DNA of 64,000 nt. It comes from Vermamoeba vermiformis. Lineage: Eukaryota. Position 1 is the stretch's first letter. Each line of letters opens with the position of its first letter. A program made the position numbers and the translations under genes. The notes beneath the pieces were generated by a model. The model worked only from the letters and a program-made list of their open reading frames with translations. It was not told where the DNA came from and did not search any database. Below are positions 10,524 through 23,996 of the stretch, one piece after another. The stretch covers positions 1-64,000 of the forward strand of contig JBEWZL010000151.1 of assembly GCA_045837725.1 (NCBI GenBank), in the 5' to 3' direction.

Positions 10524-10946
10524 TTACTGCAGTCCATTTAGTTGCAAAGTTAGGCCGCTAACGCTGGCGCCCATGATGAACGAAACCTTGTCAAATCCAA
10601 CAAGATTCTTCTCATCTGCTTTAATCAGGGCCAGCAGGACATCTCTCTTGGCCGCGAAATTATGCCACGAGATGCTTGATCCGGGCGCGGAGCACGCATC
10701 CCATATTATTCTTTGAGATTCTTTTGAAAAACAAATGTTGTAATGACTTTCCCCGCCAGTGTCGCCGCACAAGAAAATCAGATGTGCATTTTCTCTCGTG
10801 AATCTAGCTGGGTCTTTCATAGCCTCTCGCACAACTGTCAGAATACTTTGTTTTTTTTTGGACTCCAATTTGGATGCTGCTTGCAAAATCGGTGCGTAAG
10901 CTGACTTGACTTCTGGTGGCTCTGCTGCTGACGGTGAATTGCCCAT
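10524..10946 (-). CDS. Intronless hypothetical protein (140 aa) with a possible N-myristoylation motif
   Basis: ATG in ACAATG context; starts MGNSPS (MGxxxS); open frame with globular composition. Confidence 0.55.
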   Translation of the reverse strand: MGNSPSAAEPPEVKSAYAPILQAASKLESKKKQSILTVVREAMKDPARFTRENAHLIFLCGDTGGESHYNICFSKESQRIIWDACSAPGSSISWHNFAAKRDVLLALIKADEKNLVGFDKVSFIMGASVSGLTLQLNGLQ

Positions 10947-11724
10947 TGTGGTCTGGTCTCCTAATTTGTGCTTTCCATTATAACTCAGCTTTTGGACGGC
11001 GGGACAGAACCGCCCCTGAGCAGCTGTCACTAGTTTTGATTTGTTCACAGCATTTGCGGACAGAAGACTAATAATATCTACCATACACGAGCACTTGGAT
11101 GATTCTTGTCGCAAGCCCAAGCGGATAGTTGATAGATGTGTTCATTTCCGGTCTGCACACGCTCCCCGTCTGAGTCAGAAAAATTCTAAAATTGCACATT
11201 GTATACAATAGGTACATACATTTAAGACCCAAATATTGTATCTATTGCCTTGTTGACCTTTTTCTGTCAAGTAGATGCCGATCGAGTTGACACCCGAAGT
11301 CGTCAAATGCAAATCGATTGAAACGCCTGACCATTCGAACCTTTAATTATATAATTAGTTATTTAGACGCATTGACGATATAAAATGTGCGCAGAATGTG
11401 AAAATATTTCTGATCAAGGGCGAAAAAAAATTACTGCGATAGATCAAAAGCGGTCTGATTGTATTTTTTGGTGTGTAATAATTTAGCAAAAAATTAGCAC
11501 GAAAGGTAAGTAATTTTCTAAAAATATGGGCAAATCTCGCGAGTAACATCTTATTTTTTAAATTAGATTTAACTTTTAAATAGAGGTAAGTCTGGTTTGC
11601 ACTTCTTAGCGTTAAACAGTAATATTATTGTCGTGACTTCAACGAACGACAAATTTGCAAAAGAACTTTTTTTGTAACGGGATGTGCTATTTCAAGTTTA
11701 TTTTTAAGTTGCACAACATATAAT

Positions 11725-13629
11725 ATGGGCGATAGAGACTCAATAGCGGTCAAATCAGCACGAGCATACTCCGTCTCGCTGCCTCAAGTGGAGTCTTCGC
11801 CGGTACGCGAGTCGCTTTCGAGTACGACCTCCCTAGCGACTAGAAAACGTACCAAAGTGATGTTAAAGCTATATAGAAATTATTTATTGCATGTGTCATT
11901 AGTAGCTGGCATCAATTTGCATAGAATAGTCACAGACGACGCAGATGTACCGACCGGATTTAATCCGATCGTCAGTTGGCCGCTCGAAGCCGAGTTCAAG
12001 AAAATTAAAGTCAAAAAAGGATTTTTATTCATTTTGACTAATCAGTTAACCGCCTATAAGCTTTGGACGGATCGTATTGCGGTAAGTTACAGATTTGCTA
12101 CAAAAAAATAATTATTTAATTGCCTTTATGAATAATTGCTCGTGCAAAATACTAATACTTTTCTATTAATAGAAAAAAGACAAAGAAACAAATAATAAGA
12201 TTCAGTTTATCGGCCATACAGCGGATGTAAACGATTTTTGTTTTGGCGTTGACGAATACGGAGGATTATTAATATTCACCGCTGCAAATGATAAAAGTGT
12301 CAAAATGTGGGAGATGGTACGTACTATATAAATAACTCTAGCTACATCAACGAATTACGCATCCGGTACAATTTTTAAAATTTATTTCTGAATTTCAAAA
12401 ATAACACTAACGACTTTTTACTATAGAAAACCCTTAATACCGTCGAATGTACCAAAGTATTTTATATTCCGAGCAATCCGATTATCGTTCGAGTTATTGG
12501 CGATAAATTGATAACGGTATCTCAAGACAACACAATGTCGGTGTGGGAACGCGAGGTAAGTCCGAGAATACTATAATATATAAATAATATCGTTAATAAA
12601 TCGAGAAATCGTTCAAAAATCGGGATCTGTAGCAAATCTGGTAACTTTTTTTTCGCAGAGCGGAAATTGGCTGTACGATTTAACTGGACATCGCGACACT
12701 ATAGTAGGCGTAGAAGTATCAACATGGAGCATTTATAAGAGCTTTGTAACATATTCTAAAGACGGCACAGTCCGGTTATGGAACATCGAGGTAACGTGCA
12801 CGAGCAACTTGTGTCATCCGCACTATAAATACATGGCCTATTTATACCATCATATTAATATCATATGTATAGGACCGCAAGAACAAGGTGATATTGAAAG
12901 ATCTAGTCATTGAGGACGGTACCAAGATCCGTACCACGTGCGACAAAGGACGGTGGAAGAGTGTTTGTTTGTTCAATCAGCGCAACGGCCTCGCGTTGAT
13001 TTATTACAAGAGCAAAAAGAACGTAAGTACTTATACGTATAATATCCGTTTAGATCGATACTGCTGGTAGATCAAAAGTGATCCGACGACCATGCATGAT
13101 CCGATCTGAAGACATCAATAACAGGAGCTCTAACTAGTTGTTATTACAGAGTATACGAAAAGAGCGAGTATCCACATTCTGCAGATACAAAAACGAGCAT
13201 TTTTTGATCTCATCTGCACGAGACAGAAGTATCGTTTATCGCGAGGTACGGATGCAGATCCGGATTTGAATAGTCATATATGCCAACTATGATCTTCTTA
13301 GTACTATTATTAATGATTTATACAGTCTGAGACGAAAGAGTTCAACAGTCTTGAAGTTGCAGATCCGAATCCATGCGAAGCTGTCTGCGTGTTCGTTAAA
13401 AAGAATTCGAAGTGCCTATTATTGTCTTTATATAACGAGAGTAAGTGCATATAGCTTATTTATACGTACTTAATCAATAGTACTCGTTCTAATGCTTCTG
13501 TCGCGTACAGAAACGCCGATCTTGATCCGCTTTCCTTCGATCAAAAAATCATCGTCCAATGTCAACTCACCCGCTGATAAACGCGAATCAACACGATCAT
13601 CGAGCAGGCAGTCTACTATCACTAATTAG
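11725..13629 (+). CDS. Multi-exon WD40-repeat protein
   Basis: FIGHTADVNDFCF...FTAANDKSVKMWEM; LITVSQDNTMSVWE; LTGHRDTIVGV...SKDGTVRLWNIE. Confidence 0.75.
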
Positions 13630-13861
13630 AGCTCAGATCATGCTTTCGAAACTCGATGTACCTCTCCTTGTTAACTTTGTAATATTAAACACTATTTAAT
13701 GTCACTATTATAGCAATACTTTTGGCGCACTCAGTCGAAAATGCTTGCTTTTGTAACGGCAAAAAAATCTCTTTTGTTATTTTGTCATGTAGTCACAGAC
13801 CATATGTAATTTATAATATTGAGTTGTATAGTAGAGAAAGAGTATCTCTCGTGGAAATAGG

Positions 13862-15741
13862 ATGGTACGTGATGTGTCCGATCTGCCCAATCTGATCGCC
13901 ACTTTAATTGTTTGGAATTTAGAAAACGCCATATATATAGTATTGACAAATATGCATTATTTAATTACGAATAGCTCGACGACCTCGACAATTGTATCAT
14001 TAATTTTAATTTTTTTCTGAAGGATTACTTGCACGAGAAGTTACCACGAGAAATAGTCGCTATAATATTATCAAACTTAGATTATGGTACAAAAATTCGA
14101 ATGCGAGCGACGAATAGCTATTACCGACAGCAGATTCGGATGTCAGCGTTCAACATCTACTTTACAAGAGCTTCAAAACTGCCAGAGATAGTCGATTATT
14201 TGGCCGAAAATTATGGAAATATTCCTCTCGGCATTCATTTCAAAAAGAGCGTTGATACAGTGCTGGATTCGTATGCTGAACACATCTGGAAATTATCAAA
14301 TTTGACGGCATTATCATTCGATTTCTTGTCTCAATATGTTAATTATAGAATTCCTACTCAGCATTATTCTAATTTTCAACGACTGAAGAACCTAGTAGAG
14401 TTTCCACATTTTCCAACGCGCGATCGAGGAGATTATCTCAACCTACGAGCAATTAATTTGTCAAAATATGATAACCATGATATTACCCAAATGACTAATA
14501 TCGAAGAACTGACCAATAACGACAATTACATGTTAAGAGATCAAGATCCGTTAAATATTTTGCCAAATCCGGATCGCGTCACAAGTATAACGCTAAAGAA
14601 GAGGAATATAGACTTGACCGTATTAACACGATTCAAAAATATCAAGAGCCTTGAGTATTCAGATACAGCTTATAATGAACGCAACAACATGTTAAGCAAA
14701 CTAACGACATCCATTCAAAATTTGCTCCTCCACAACGCATTTTACTACGACTACTATAATTTGACCAATTTGACATATTTAAAAGCTGAAACAATCACGC
14801 GTGATTTTGTTCACGTTACTGCATTGCACAACCTCAAAAAGTTAGTATTAGGAGTAATTTGTTCAGCGAATGTTATGGACGTTAAACTGGATCTGGCACC
14901 GTTGACAGCATTAGAAGCATTTCATTGGCACAATTTAATGTTAGGCAATGTCTTTGCAACAATTCAATCAACGCACTTGACGCAACTAGAAATGTACGCG
15001 TGTGCGGAGCTACATCTCGAGCCTTTGTCAGCATTTCACGGTTCACTGAAAGAGATAGCTTTGCACGAATTTAACGGAGTAGAACACATGGATTATAGTC
15101 CATTAAGCTATTTGACAAATTTGGTCAGTTTGAAAGTCCAAGTTGCCGGCGACAGGCCGTCATTAACGAGCATTCAAAATTTAACAAAATTGACGAGATT
15201 AGAGACTAGTGTTATTGCTAGCATGGCAGGCAAGTTCCACGTGACAGATGATTGGTCGATATCAAAATTGACTAATTTGGAAACCCTTGCCTTGGTTGCA
15301 ATGCCAGCGGAATTTCTCGACGACATTAGTCAATTCGCGTCAAAATTGACTAATTTGGAAGTGCGCTTGACATCGGAACACCTCGCTAAAAATCACACGT
15401 GCCTTGCGTCCTTGACAAATTTGGAAGTTTTGCACCTTGGCACCACAATGAATGATGTCCTTTTTTGGCAATACCTTCCAAAATTGACAAAGCTGTGTAA
15501 CTTGATGTTGTGGAAACTCGACGCGGAAGAAAAAATTCTTGCATTGAGTTCGCTAACGAACTTGTCAAAGTTAACTGTCTGCCGCTCAAAAGCACTGCAC
15601 GGAGTTTATTTGACACATTTGACGTCTTTGCAGCATTTGACGTTCGTGTCAAAGTCGGCACGGAGCGGAATCGGCAAGCCGAAAAATTTTAAGAAATTTA
15701 GCAACAAAATGCCTCGATTGTATCGCTGTTCCTTTAAATAA
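13862..15741 (+). CDS. F-box/leucine-rich repeat protein
   Basis: ATG-only first exon, intron 13865-14022, then LPREIVAIILSNL (F-box-like) and repeated LTNLxxL motifs. Confidence 0.8.
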
Positions 15742-15889
15742 ATCGATTTCGTTATCCCTCAATAATTTTGTGCGAACTTAATCAGGATCGTTATTTTTTT
15801 CTTGCACAGCGTACGTGACAACAACACTGCTGTTACACTTTTTTTCCAACACAAAACGAAACAAGTAGATTAAACGGCAACCGAAAAAC

Positions 15890-18264
15890 ATGGAGAAAAA
15901 TGCCAACGGTAATTGAAATTTAATTAATTGGATTAATCGTAGAGTTTGCCACCGAATTAATTAGTATTAGCAGAAATTAATTTTTTTAATTACCAATTAC
16001 TAAGGATAAAATTCTTTTATGTCTTACTTGAATATATGAAAGACTTAATCTGCAAACTAAATTTGAATTCGAATCAATTAATTGCTGGCATTTTGTTTAA
16101 ATTACGCGTTGCTAACAAGGTAAAAGATGCAGATATTTGCAGATTGTCTTTTGAAGAGAGAGTTGCTTTGATTTTAATGCTAAAAGATTGGGTCAATATT
16201 CACTCTGATGTTTCTGCAGCCCCAACTGACACACATGCACCACTTCTTGATCACCATGAAGCACAAACAAAGGCCCTTCAGATGTTTGCAGCAAATGTTA
16301 TGAATCATGGCAAGGTTGAAAAGATTTTTCAAGTGTTCTATGCTATTGGTGGAGGCAGTGGAAGTGGCAAAACACGCATCTGCCATGAGATGCACAATTG
16401 GTGTGACGAATTTGTTCAAAAGACACCAAAGGTCAGTAAGTTTTTCATCTTGACAAATGTACCTATCCTCATTATAGATAACCAGCTGTGTCAAGATCTA
16501 CATTGACTTTGGTAATGGAGATCGATTGCTGCCATCTGAAAATGCCAACACTGTGTCAAAAGCTCTTGGCTTGCGCATGGCCTGCAAAGCTCTCTACTCT
16601 TGCACAGCAGTTCAAGTCCACAACACAACAAGATTCAGGGACATGTGTGATGTATTTGATTTTGATACAACAGTAGCTGCAATTAGACACCTTCAACCAG
16701 AAGGACTTTGTGCAATTCTCATGGTCATTGATGGGTTCAATTATGTTGTTGACCAAAACAAGAGAATGTCAAGGGAGATAGTCTATTCAATAGGCAGCTA
16801 CATGGCTGGTAGAGCCAAAAAAGATAATGTGGTCATCTTCCCTGTTATCTCTGGCACAGTCTATGGACAATTACAGAACATCTTTAAGACATCTCCATTT
16901 GGACATCATCTCATTTCACTGCCTCCACTTTCATTGACCAGCATTGAAGCTGTAGTTGAGCATTGCTTACCTGCCTATGCAAAATGGCTTGATTGTGTAC
17001 CCTTCAAAAGGCTACTGCACTTGATGGCATCAACTCCTCGTGTTCTTAATGTCATTATTGACATCTTGGAAAAATTTCCACCAGAATTGCTTCCAACCAA
17101 AGAGTCCATACAAAGTCTTGCTTCCTTCATCACATCTGAATTGTTTGCAAGAATAGCTATTGTAAGTGTTGGACATTTGTCATCAATCACTAACATACTG
17201 CAGTCAAATGAGCAGCTACAACAATCAAAAGGGTTCAATGAGTTACTGCACTTCATCTTTGCAGGTACCCCAATAACTCTGTTGCAAGCCTCAATGGTTC
17301 AGTTGATTCATGAACTAGAGGTGCAAGGAATCATCTACCAACATGGCTACAAGCATGCACCCTTCCTGCCCTACCATCAGCTCATCAAAGCTAATGAGAC
17401 TTATGGCAACTTCCACTGCACCTACCCTCATGCTCTGGTGCCAGTAGAACTACTGCCAACTCCTGGAGTTCAATTCACTTGGCAGATGTTCAAGAAACTT
17501 GATCATGCTCTTGATGTAAGTTGTTGTCTTGTGAAGTCAACTCTAAGTAATGCTCTTTGCAGCCAGTACGCATCAAAGCATCAATTTTTGCAGTTGGCAA
17601 TGTGTGCAAGCTACCAGATGTGTTTAGAGCCATCATGAACCACCAGCTTATGGAGCTGAAGCTAAAGCTTGAGATCATTGATTGTACACAAGAAACAGAG
17701 CACTTTATTAAGAAAGGGGCCAAAGTTGCAAAAATTGAGGTGAGTGTTGAGTTTCTGTTCTTTGCTCTTGTTTTTTTGATTTTGGTTGCAGGGAATCAAA
17801 ACAGAGGCCCATGGTGTGATCAAGCCTGTTCACCTCTTCAACTACTCCTTCTTGTGTTGTCCAGGCAATCCATTAGTCACTGGCCGACTGTTCTTTCGCA
17901 CAGTTGACAACCAAAAGATCATGATTGTGAAACAAATGAAGATTTGGAGAAACCAGATCAAAAAGTAACAACAGTTCCATTCCAACAAGTGCAAAAATGG
18001 TACAACCAACTTCAGAAGTGCTTTGAAGATATTGCAGAGGAGTACAAGATCATTTACTTATTTATCACCAACAAACAAATCACAAACATTCCCCAACACA
18101 TGCCAGATAACTTAATGTTGGTTGATGCAAGTATTATTTCAACATATTATGGTCCTTTTGTGGCACAGTTTGTAGAATTGATGGCTTATAGTGATGATGG
18201 TGAGGAGTTTGAGAGTGAGCCAGATGAAGAAGACCTGTTTGAGTTCAATGATGAGGAGTATTAA
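15890..18264 (+). pseudogene. Crinkler (CR)-like P-loop NTPase with a restriction-endonuclease-fold C-terminus; frameshifted near 17940
   Basis: Walker A GGSGSGKT, IDFGNG, Walker B-like LMVIDG, WQMF, GNPLV..F and QMK motifs. Introns near 16432, 17516 and 17740; one frameshift. Confidence 0.65.
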
Positions 18265-18518
18265 TGCAAACTGGTTGATAAGGTCCTATTCGTAGAATAT
18301 TAGTGGGTTCAACTCACTAATAAATACAAATTTCTTCGTTTTTGCGTCACTTTCGTCTTCAGTACGTTGATACAATGCGTTTGTCCTCAGTATGACTCAC
18401 ATTGCGACCATTTCAAAGCTTCAAAACCCTGATCAAGCAAGATGTAAGCGGCGACGTTCATTTCGTTCGACCAATCGCTAATTCAGCAACATTTTTGTCA
18501 ACAAAACAGAGCACAACA

Positions 18519-21500
18519 ATGAAGTTCAACGTAATTATTGTGGCCATAATATTAGGTTATTCGTTGTTTGTAAGTAGTACTACTGCACTTAAGCGCTGCG
18601 TTGTCTATCCACTACAGATTCGCCCATCTATCTGTTTGAAATTTAAATCATCCAAAATATTTTATTTAATTATGATAATTATTTTTGAATTTATTTTACG
18701 TAATTTATGACCAACACTCAAATTGAATATTAATTTTCACTCGGCATCCAAAGAATCTTTTTTGGTTAAACGTTATAGCAGCATTTAACGACAATTTGGT
18801 ATTAAAATATTAAAATATAATATTATTACTGCAGGTTCATTGCGAAGACGTCGTTGTTGAAGATCACACTGCTGACGCGGCAGTCGTTATGGTGTCGAAC
18901 AACGCCACGGAGCCTACTGATGCAGGTAATATTACCATAGTAAATTTATGCTAAATACAATAATATCATATTTCTATGGCACAATACAAACAATTACAAT
19001 GAAAATGTAATCGCATCCGTTCAAAAAAGTTGCCGTCATATTATTACTCGTGAACCTTTATTATTTTAAATTATTGTTAAACATTAATTGGTTACCATAT
19101 TTAACGAAAATAGCTTACAACGTGCTAATGCTAAATTATTGACCGATCTAACGTTACATCTACCAGAACTCGAAGCACAGTTCTTTGCATGGTTGCGCGA
19201 GAAAGGAGTTCAAGTGACAGGTGTTGATATGCGCAAATTTGATCGTATGGGACGCGGTTTAGTCGCCAACAAGTCCTTAGAAGTAAGTTTCAGATCCTCG
19301 TTGGATGCGAGATCTACGATACATTTTTGGACTCTAGTGAATGATAATACGAACGTAAATATTAATTCTGATATTAGGCTGGCACTGAGATATTCCGCAT
19401 ACCTGGTTCAATGCTATTGAGCATGGACAGTTCACTGAATCACCCCGAGATCGGCGAGATCCTCGTCAACTATGAAGCATTGCACCAGGTACGAATAACT
19501 TCCTAATTAATTATAAATATTATCATTATCATTTTCGCTATATATTAACGTTGTATTGATTTAGAGCCGTGCCGCGTTAGTCGTTGTACTGTTGTACGAA
19601 AGAAACAAGGGCAATAGCTCCTATTACTGGCCGTATTTAAGTACGTAGCACGATAAAATCTACCGTCTAATTATAGACGTAATTTTCGCTGCTCAGCTGG
19701 TACGATAGGGCATATTTTAATTTTTATCTAAGATTTATCTTGAAACATAATACGAATCGTAATTACGTTAATTGACTCTTAATTAATTATTTAGGATTGT
19801 TGCCAAAGGAATACAACACGCCTATGTTTTGGAGCGAAGAAGACAAAGAAGAGCTGACTGGCTCGTTCATTTTGGATCGTATTGCTGCAGATCTCGAGGG
19901 ATTTGAGAGCGAGTACAATGAAGTCTTCGTTGACGGTCTATTCGTCGTAAGTACTTATACTATTATAATACGAGGGTTAATAAGGCGAAGCCTAGCGAGA
20001 TCCGTCAAATTGTTGACACGTGTCACCTCGGATCTTGCTAAGACTTTTTTGGCACCTGCAATCATACTGATATATTCATAGGACTATCCTGATATCTTCA
20101 CTCCCGAGAAGTATACATTTGAAGACTACAAATGGGGCTGGGTTACTGTCTTCACACGTTCAGTTGGTCTAACTCTCCCTGGTGAGGGCTTCAAAGCGTA
20201 CCTGGCTCCCGGTCTAGATTTCATGAATCACAAAGCTGGTGCTAAGGTACATTATACTACTCATTGGCATACTATTTATCAATAACAACGTCCTGTCAAA
20301 CCACGTGATGACATTACTAATTCGTTGAAAGTCACGCGTTAACAATGATTCTTTTTTCAGACCAATCTCGTACTCGATGAAGCTACAAACGAGTTAGTAT
20401 TTACCGTGGAAGAAGATATGGACGCAGGAGATCAAATTTTCAGAGATTACAGCCCTGGTATTCCTAACTTGGAATTGATCCGCATCTGGGGTTTTGTTGG
20501 TACGACATAATATTACTTGCCTTATTAAAATATAATACTATATTAATCGATTTATAATTAGATGAGAAAAATCAACGAGAAGTTGCTGCTATTAATATCA
20601 ACTTAAACGACGAAGATCCTGATTTTGATACAAAACTTAAATGGCTCACTGCTAGAAAAGTTATTAAGTAAGCAACACCTATGATCAGTATACATAAGGT
20701 CATGGTATTAATATTTGACCTATTAGAGGCCAATCGATGTACCCTTACACGGATTATTTTGTCTATTCGGATGGTGTTCCTGATCGAGTAAGTTACAACT
20801 CATAGGTCGACTAATTATTTATCGGGATTAATAGTATGATATTTAGATTATGGCTATACTTCGTGCCAAGCTCTATGAATTGAGAGCTGACGACCGAAGA
20901 AATCTCGCAATGTTGCCGAATCCACTGCAACAGTTCGACGACGTAAGATAATAATATATTATTATAATTATTTATACGTGCGTATATTAATGCATTCTAA
21001 TTAGGATACTGAACGAGCTGCCTTCATGGAATTGAACAACATTTTGAACACGCATCTCAAGCGCTTTGGCACGACCTTAGAGGTACTTTAAAATTAAATA
21101 TTTACTTAATCATTAAAAACTAATACTTTGTATATTAATATTAACTCTTATTATCATAGGAAGACTTACAATTGCTTGAAAAGTCTGGTGACTTGACTGA
21201 CCGTCAGTGGTACGCTTTGTTGGTAAGTTTAGCGATTAAATAGGCTTATATAACACTATACTAGTATATAATTATGATATTATCGATATCACGACTAAAT
21301 TAGCGCAGCAAAAAAAATTTGGATCCTTGTTCAGATCTGATTTGGCGCGAATTTTTCAAACTTACATAATCAATGTTAAGTATAGTTCACTAATGAATCG
21401 CTATATAGGCCCGAGCTGAAGAGAAATTAGCACTTACCAATGCCTTGGAATCGTTCAAAGCCAAGCGCGTGTCGTTCGAAGATGACAACCAAGAGGCCCA

Positions 21501-21585
21501 ACATCAACTCGGCAAACGAGACTTTAAAAAACGAACGATCAATAAGAAACGAAGAAAACCTTCGTCTAAACGCAGTTTTGAATAA
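18519..21585 (+). CDS. SET-domain (Rubisco LSMT/SETD3-like) methyltransferase with an N-terminal signal peptide
   Basis: MGRGLVA, YWPYL..LPKEYNTPMFW, LAPGLDFMNH, DYSPGIPNLELIRIWGFV, and an LSMT substrate-binding-like region (FGTTLEEDLQLL). About 12 exons. Confidence 0.85.
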
Positions 21586-21847
21586 GTATATTAATAAACT
21601 AAGCTTTAAATTACTGAAAAATGTGAATCTGGTTCAAATTTCAAACTGAAATCGCACTTAATGTTCAAAATTTGAACACGAGTTAAGTTCCAGTACTGTA
21701 GGGATAATTATTGTATGATTAAACTGCGCAAATTTGCGATTAAAATCTCGTGTCAAGATGTCAGCAGAAAGGTTTTAATACGATCCCTATTTTTGTCCCA
21801 TTATCGCAAAGTAGCACCAAGAAACTACCACTTATCCACTTCTCATA

Positions 21848-22209
21848 ATGCCTCTTATAACTATTAGCTTGTCTGTTAAAGTTGATGACGAATCTAAGTT
21901 GGCTAAGTTCGAATCAGAGGTCTCAAAAGCTGTTGGAGTCGCCTTAGGCAAGCCAGAAGATTGGATGATGGTCGAAACTCATACCAACGTGCGTCTATAC
22001 TTTGCAGCCTCGAGCGCACCCGCCGCCAAGGTTTCAGTTGAAAGCATCGGTGGATTGACCAACGAAAATAATTGCAAAATCACTGCAGCACTTACCAAAA
22101 TTATGCAAGAGCATTTTAGCATCGACCCTAAGCGTGTCTACCTTATCTTCACTGAAAAGAAGGGCCAGAGTGGGGATGGAACGACGCCACATTTGCTGCT
22201 TTCGTTTGA
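21848..22209 (+). CDS. MIF: Macrophage migration inhibitory factor / tautomerase family (apparent 1-nt deletion near 22165)
   Basis: Catalytic Pro1 (MPL), LGKPEDWM, SIG, RVYLIF. The conserved WGWNxxTF end appears in the shifted frame. Confidence 0.88.
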
Positions 22210-22602
22210 AGCTCTTCCTTATTGTTTTTAACCTTTTGGGCACGTGTACGTAAATAAATAATATTTTGTGATAATATTATCGACGTTAATTTTGATATTT
22301 GAAGCAGTCTTACTGTTCATCTGTTGCAGATTTGGATTTGCGCGGGGAAACGTTTAACCGCAAAACTCGTGTTCTAAGACCTTCAGTGAACCGTGGCAGT
22401 TCTGTTACAGATTTAGCTAAACCTGTGCAACATTATCTGACCACTTTCAATAAGATTTTTGTTGTCACGCACCGTTCATGAACAAAACTACAGAATTATT
22501 GAAAAAAAATGGCTATAAAACCGCAAGATTGATCAACAGTCACTCATTCATTCGTTACATTACGACAAGAACAACACCTCATAACTACACTACAATACAA
22601 AC

Positions 22603-23863
22603 ATGTCTAATCCTTTGCACAAATTCTTCCACGAGATCTTCATTGCTGATTTCAAGGACTACAAGCACAAGGTCGTGACTGTTTCTGCTGATGAAGGCAT
22701 TGAAAAGGCCGTTTCAGTAAGTATTCTATTAATAAATTTAGTCTTGCGGTGACGCGCAGATCTAAAAAATTTAAAATTTAGCTTGATCTCACTTGAATTG
22801 CGCTAATTAAATATTTTTTAGCTTATGGCCGAGCACAAATTGACCTCTTTGCCCGTTATCGACACTAAGGACAAGAACAAGTGCCTCGGTATGGTCGACA
22901 CTTTGGATGTGGCCACTTACGTCCTTTCCGTTGCCCCTGATGCCACTCAACTCAAGGAAAACGAGTTGAAGAGCCTCGAAATTGCTGGTCGCGCTATGGC
23001 CCTCGAAACTGTTAGACATATTTTGAGTACGTTCTAAAATTTCATGAATTTATTTGAAACGAGCTGGATCTAACATTTAATTGGATTTACAGACGCTTCT
23101 GGCCGCGATCCTTACGTTCCTATTATTGAAAACGAAGCTTGCACCTTCGTCATTAACTTGTTTTCTCGCGGTCTTCACCGTGTTCCTATTATTGGTAAGT
23201 TTTCAGATGTAGATCCTGATTCGCCCTTCATCGTTCTTGAAATCGAATTAAATGCTAATCTGTCATCTAATAGACCGCACTGAGCTAGTCACCGGCACTT
23301 TGTCTCAAACTAGCATCTTGCAACGATTGCACGAAGAGTTTACTTTCGGTAACTTGAAGGACGTTGCTGAAAAGACTATTAAGCAGCTCGGCTTGGGCAT
23401 GGAGAGCCCTGTTCGCGTTAGAGACGTAAGTAATTTGCCATCTCTATAATTGGATTTATTATAAAATAATTTGTTGGATGTACCGCGTACTGACTTCAAT
23501 TTCGTTTAGGAAAACTCCGTTTTGTTCGCTATTAAGGCTATTGCCAAGGAGCACGTCTCTGCAGTCCCCGTCATTGACGAATTCGGTCGTTTGGTTGGTA
23601 ACTTCAGCGCATCCGATCTCAAGGGTCTCTACACTGAACAATGGCCCAGCTTCAGACTTCGCGTCGACGAATACTTGGCCAAGCACAGCCCTCAATCCGC
23701 TAAGCCCGTCGTTGTCTACCACGATACTAAGCTCAAGGACGTCGTAAAAGAGTTGGTCGAATCCAAGGTCCACAGAGTTTGGGTTGTTGACGGCGAAATG
23801 AGACCTCAAGGTGTTGTTTCTACTACCGACATCATGAAGTTGATCAACGCTTCTTCAATCTAA
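22603..23863 (+). CDS. Four-CBS-domain protein (SDS23/AMPK-gamma-like)
   Basis: LTSLPVID..CLGMVD; LHRVPII; VSAVPVIDEFGRLVGNFSASDLKG; VHRVWVVD..GVVSTTDI. Confidence 0.88.
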
Positions 23864-23996
23864 ATATAAAACCTATTTTAAAATTTTGAATTGCAATCAC
23901 AGAGCAAGATCCGAATCTAAACTCACTAACAATGTAAAATAAAAGCCGATTTCAATCAATATATCGTTTATTATTTATTACAAGTATTATAGGACA

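Noticed and set aside
10998-11034. GC hairpin followed by CTAG|T resembling a Helitron 3' end
   Set aside because: The stem is short and imperfect, with no 5' end, second copy or Rep/helicase evidence.
18300-18320. Hairpin TTAGTGGGTT-C-AACTCACTAA after the Crinkler-like gene as an element terminus
   Set aside because: No matching terminus or target-site duplication on the other side.
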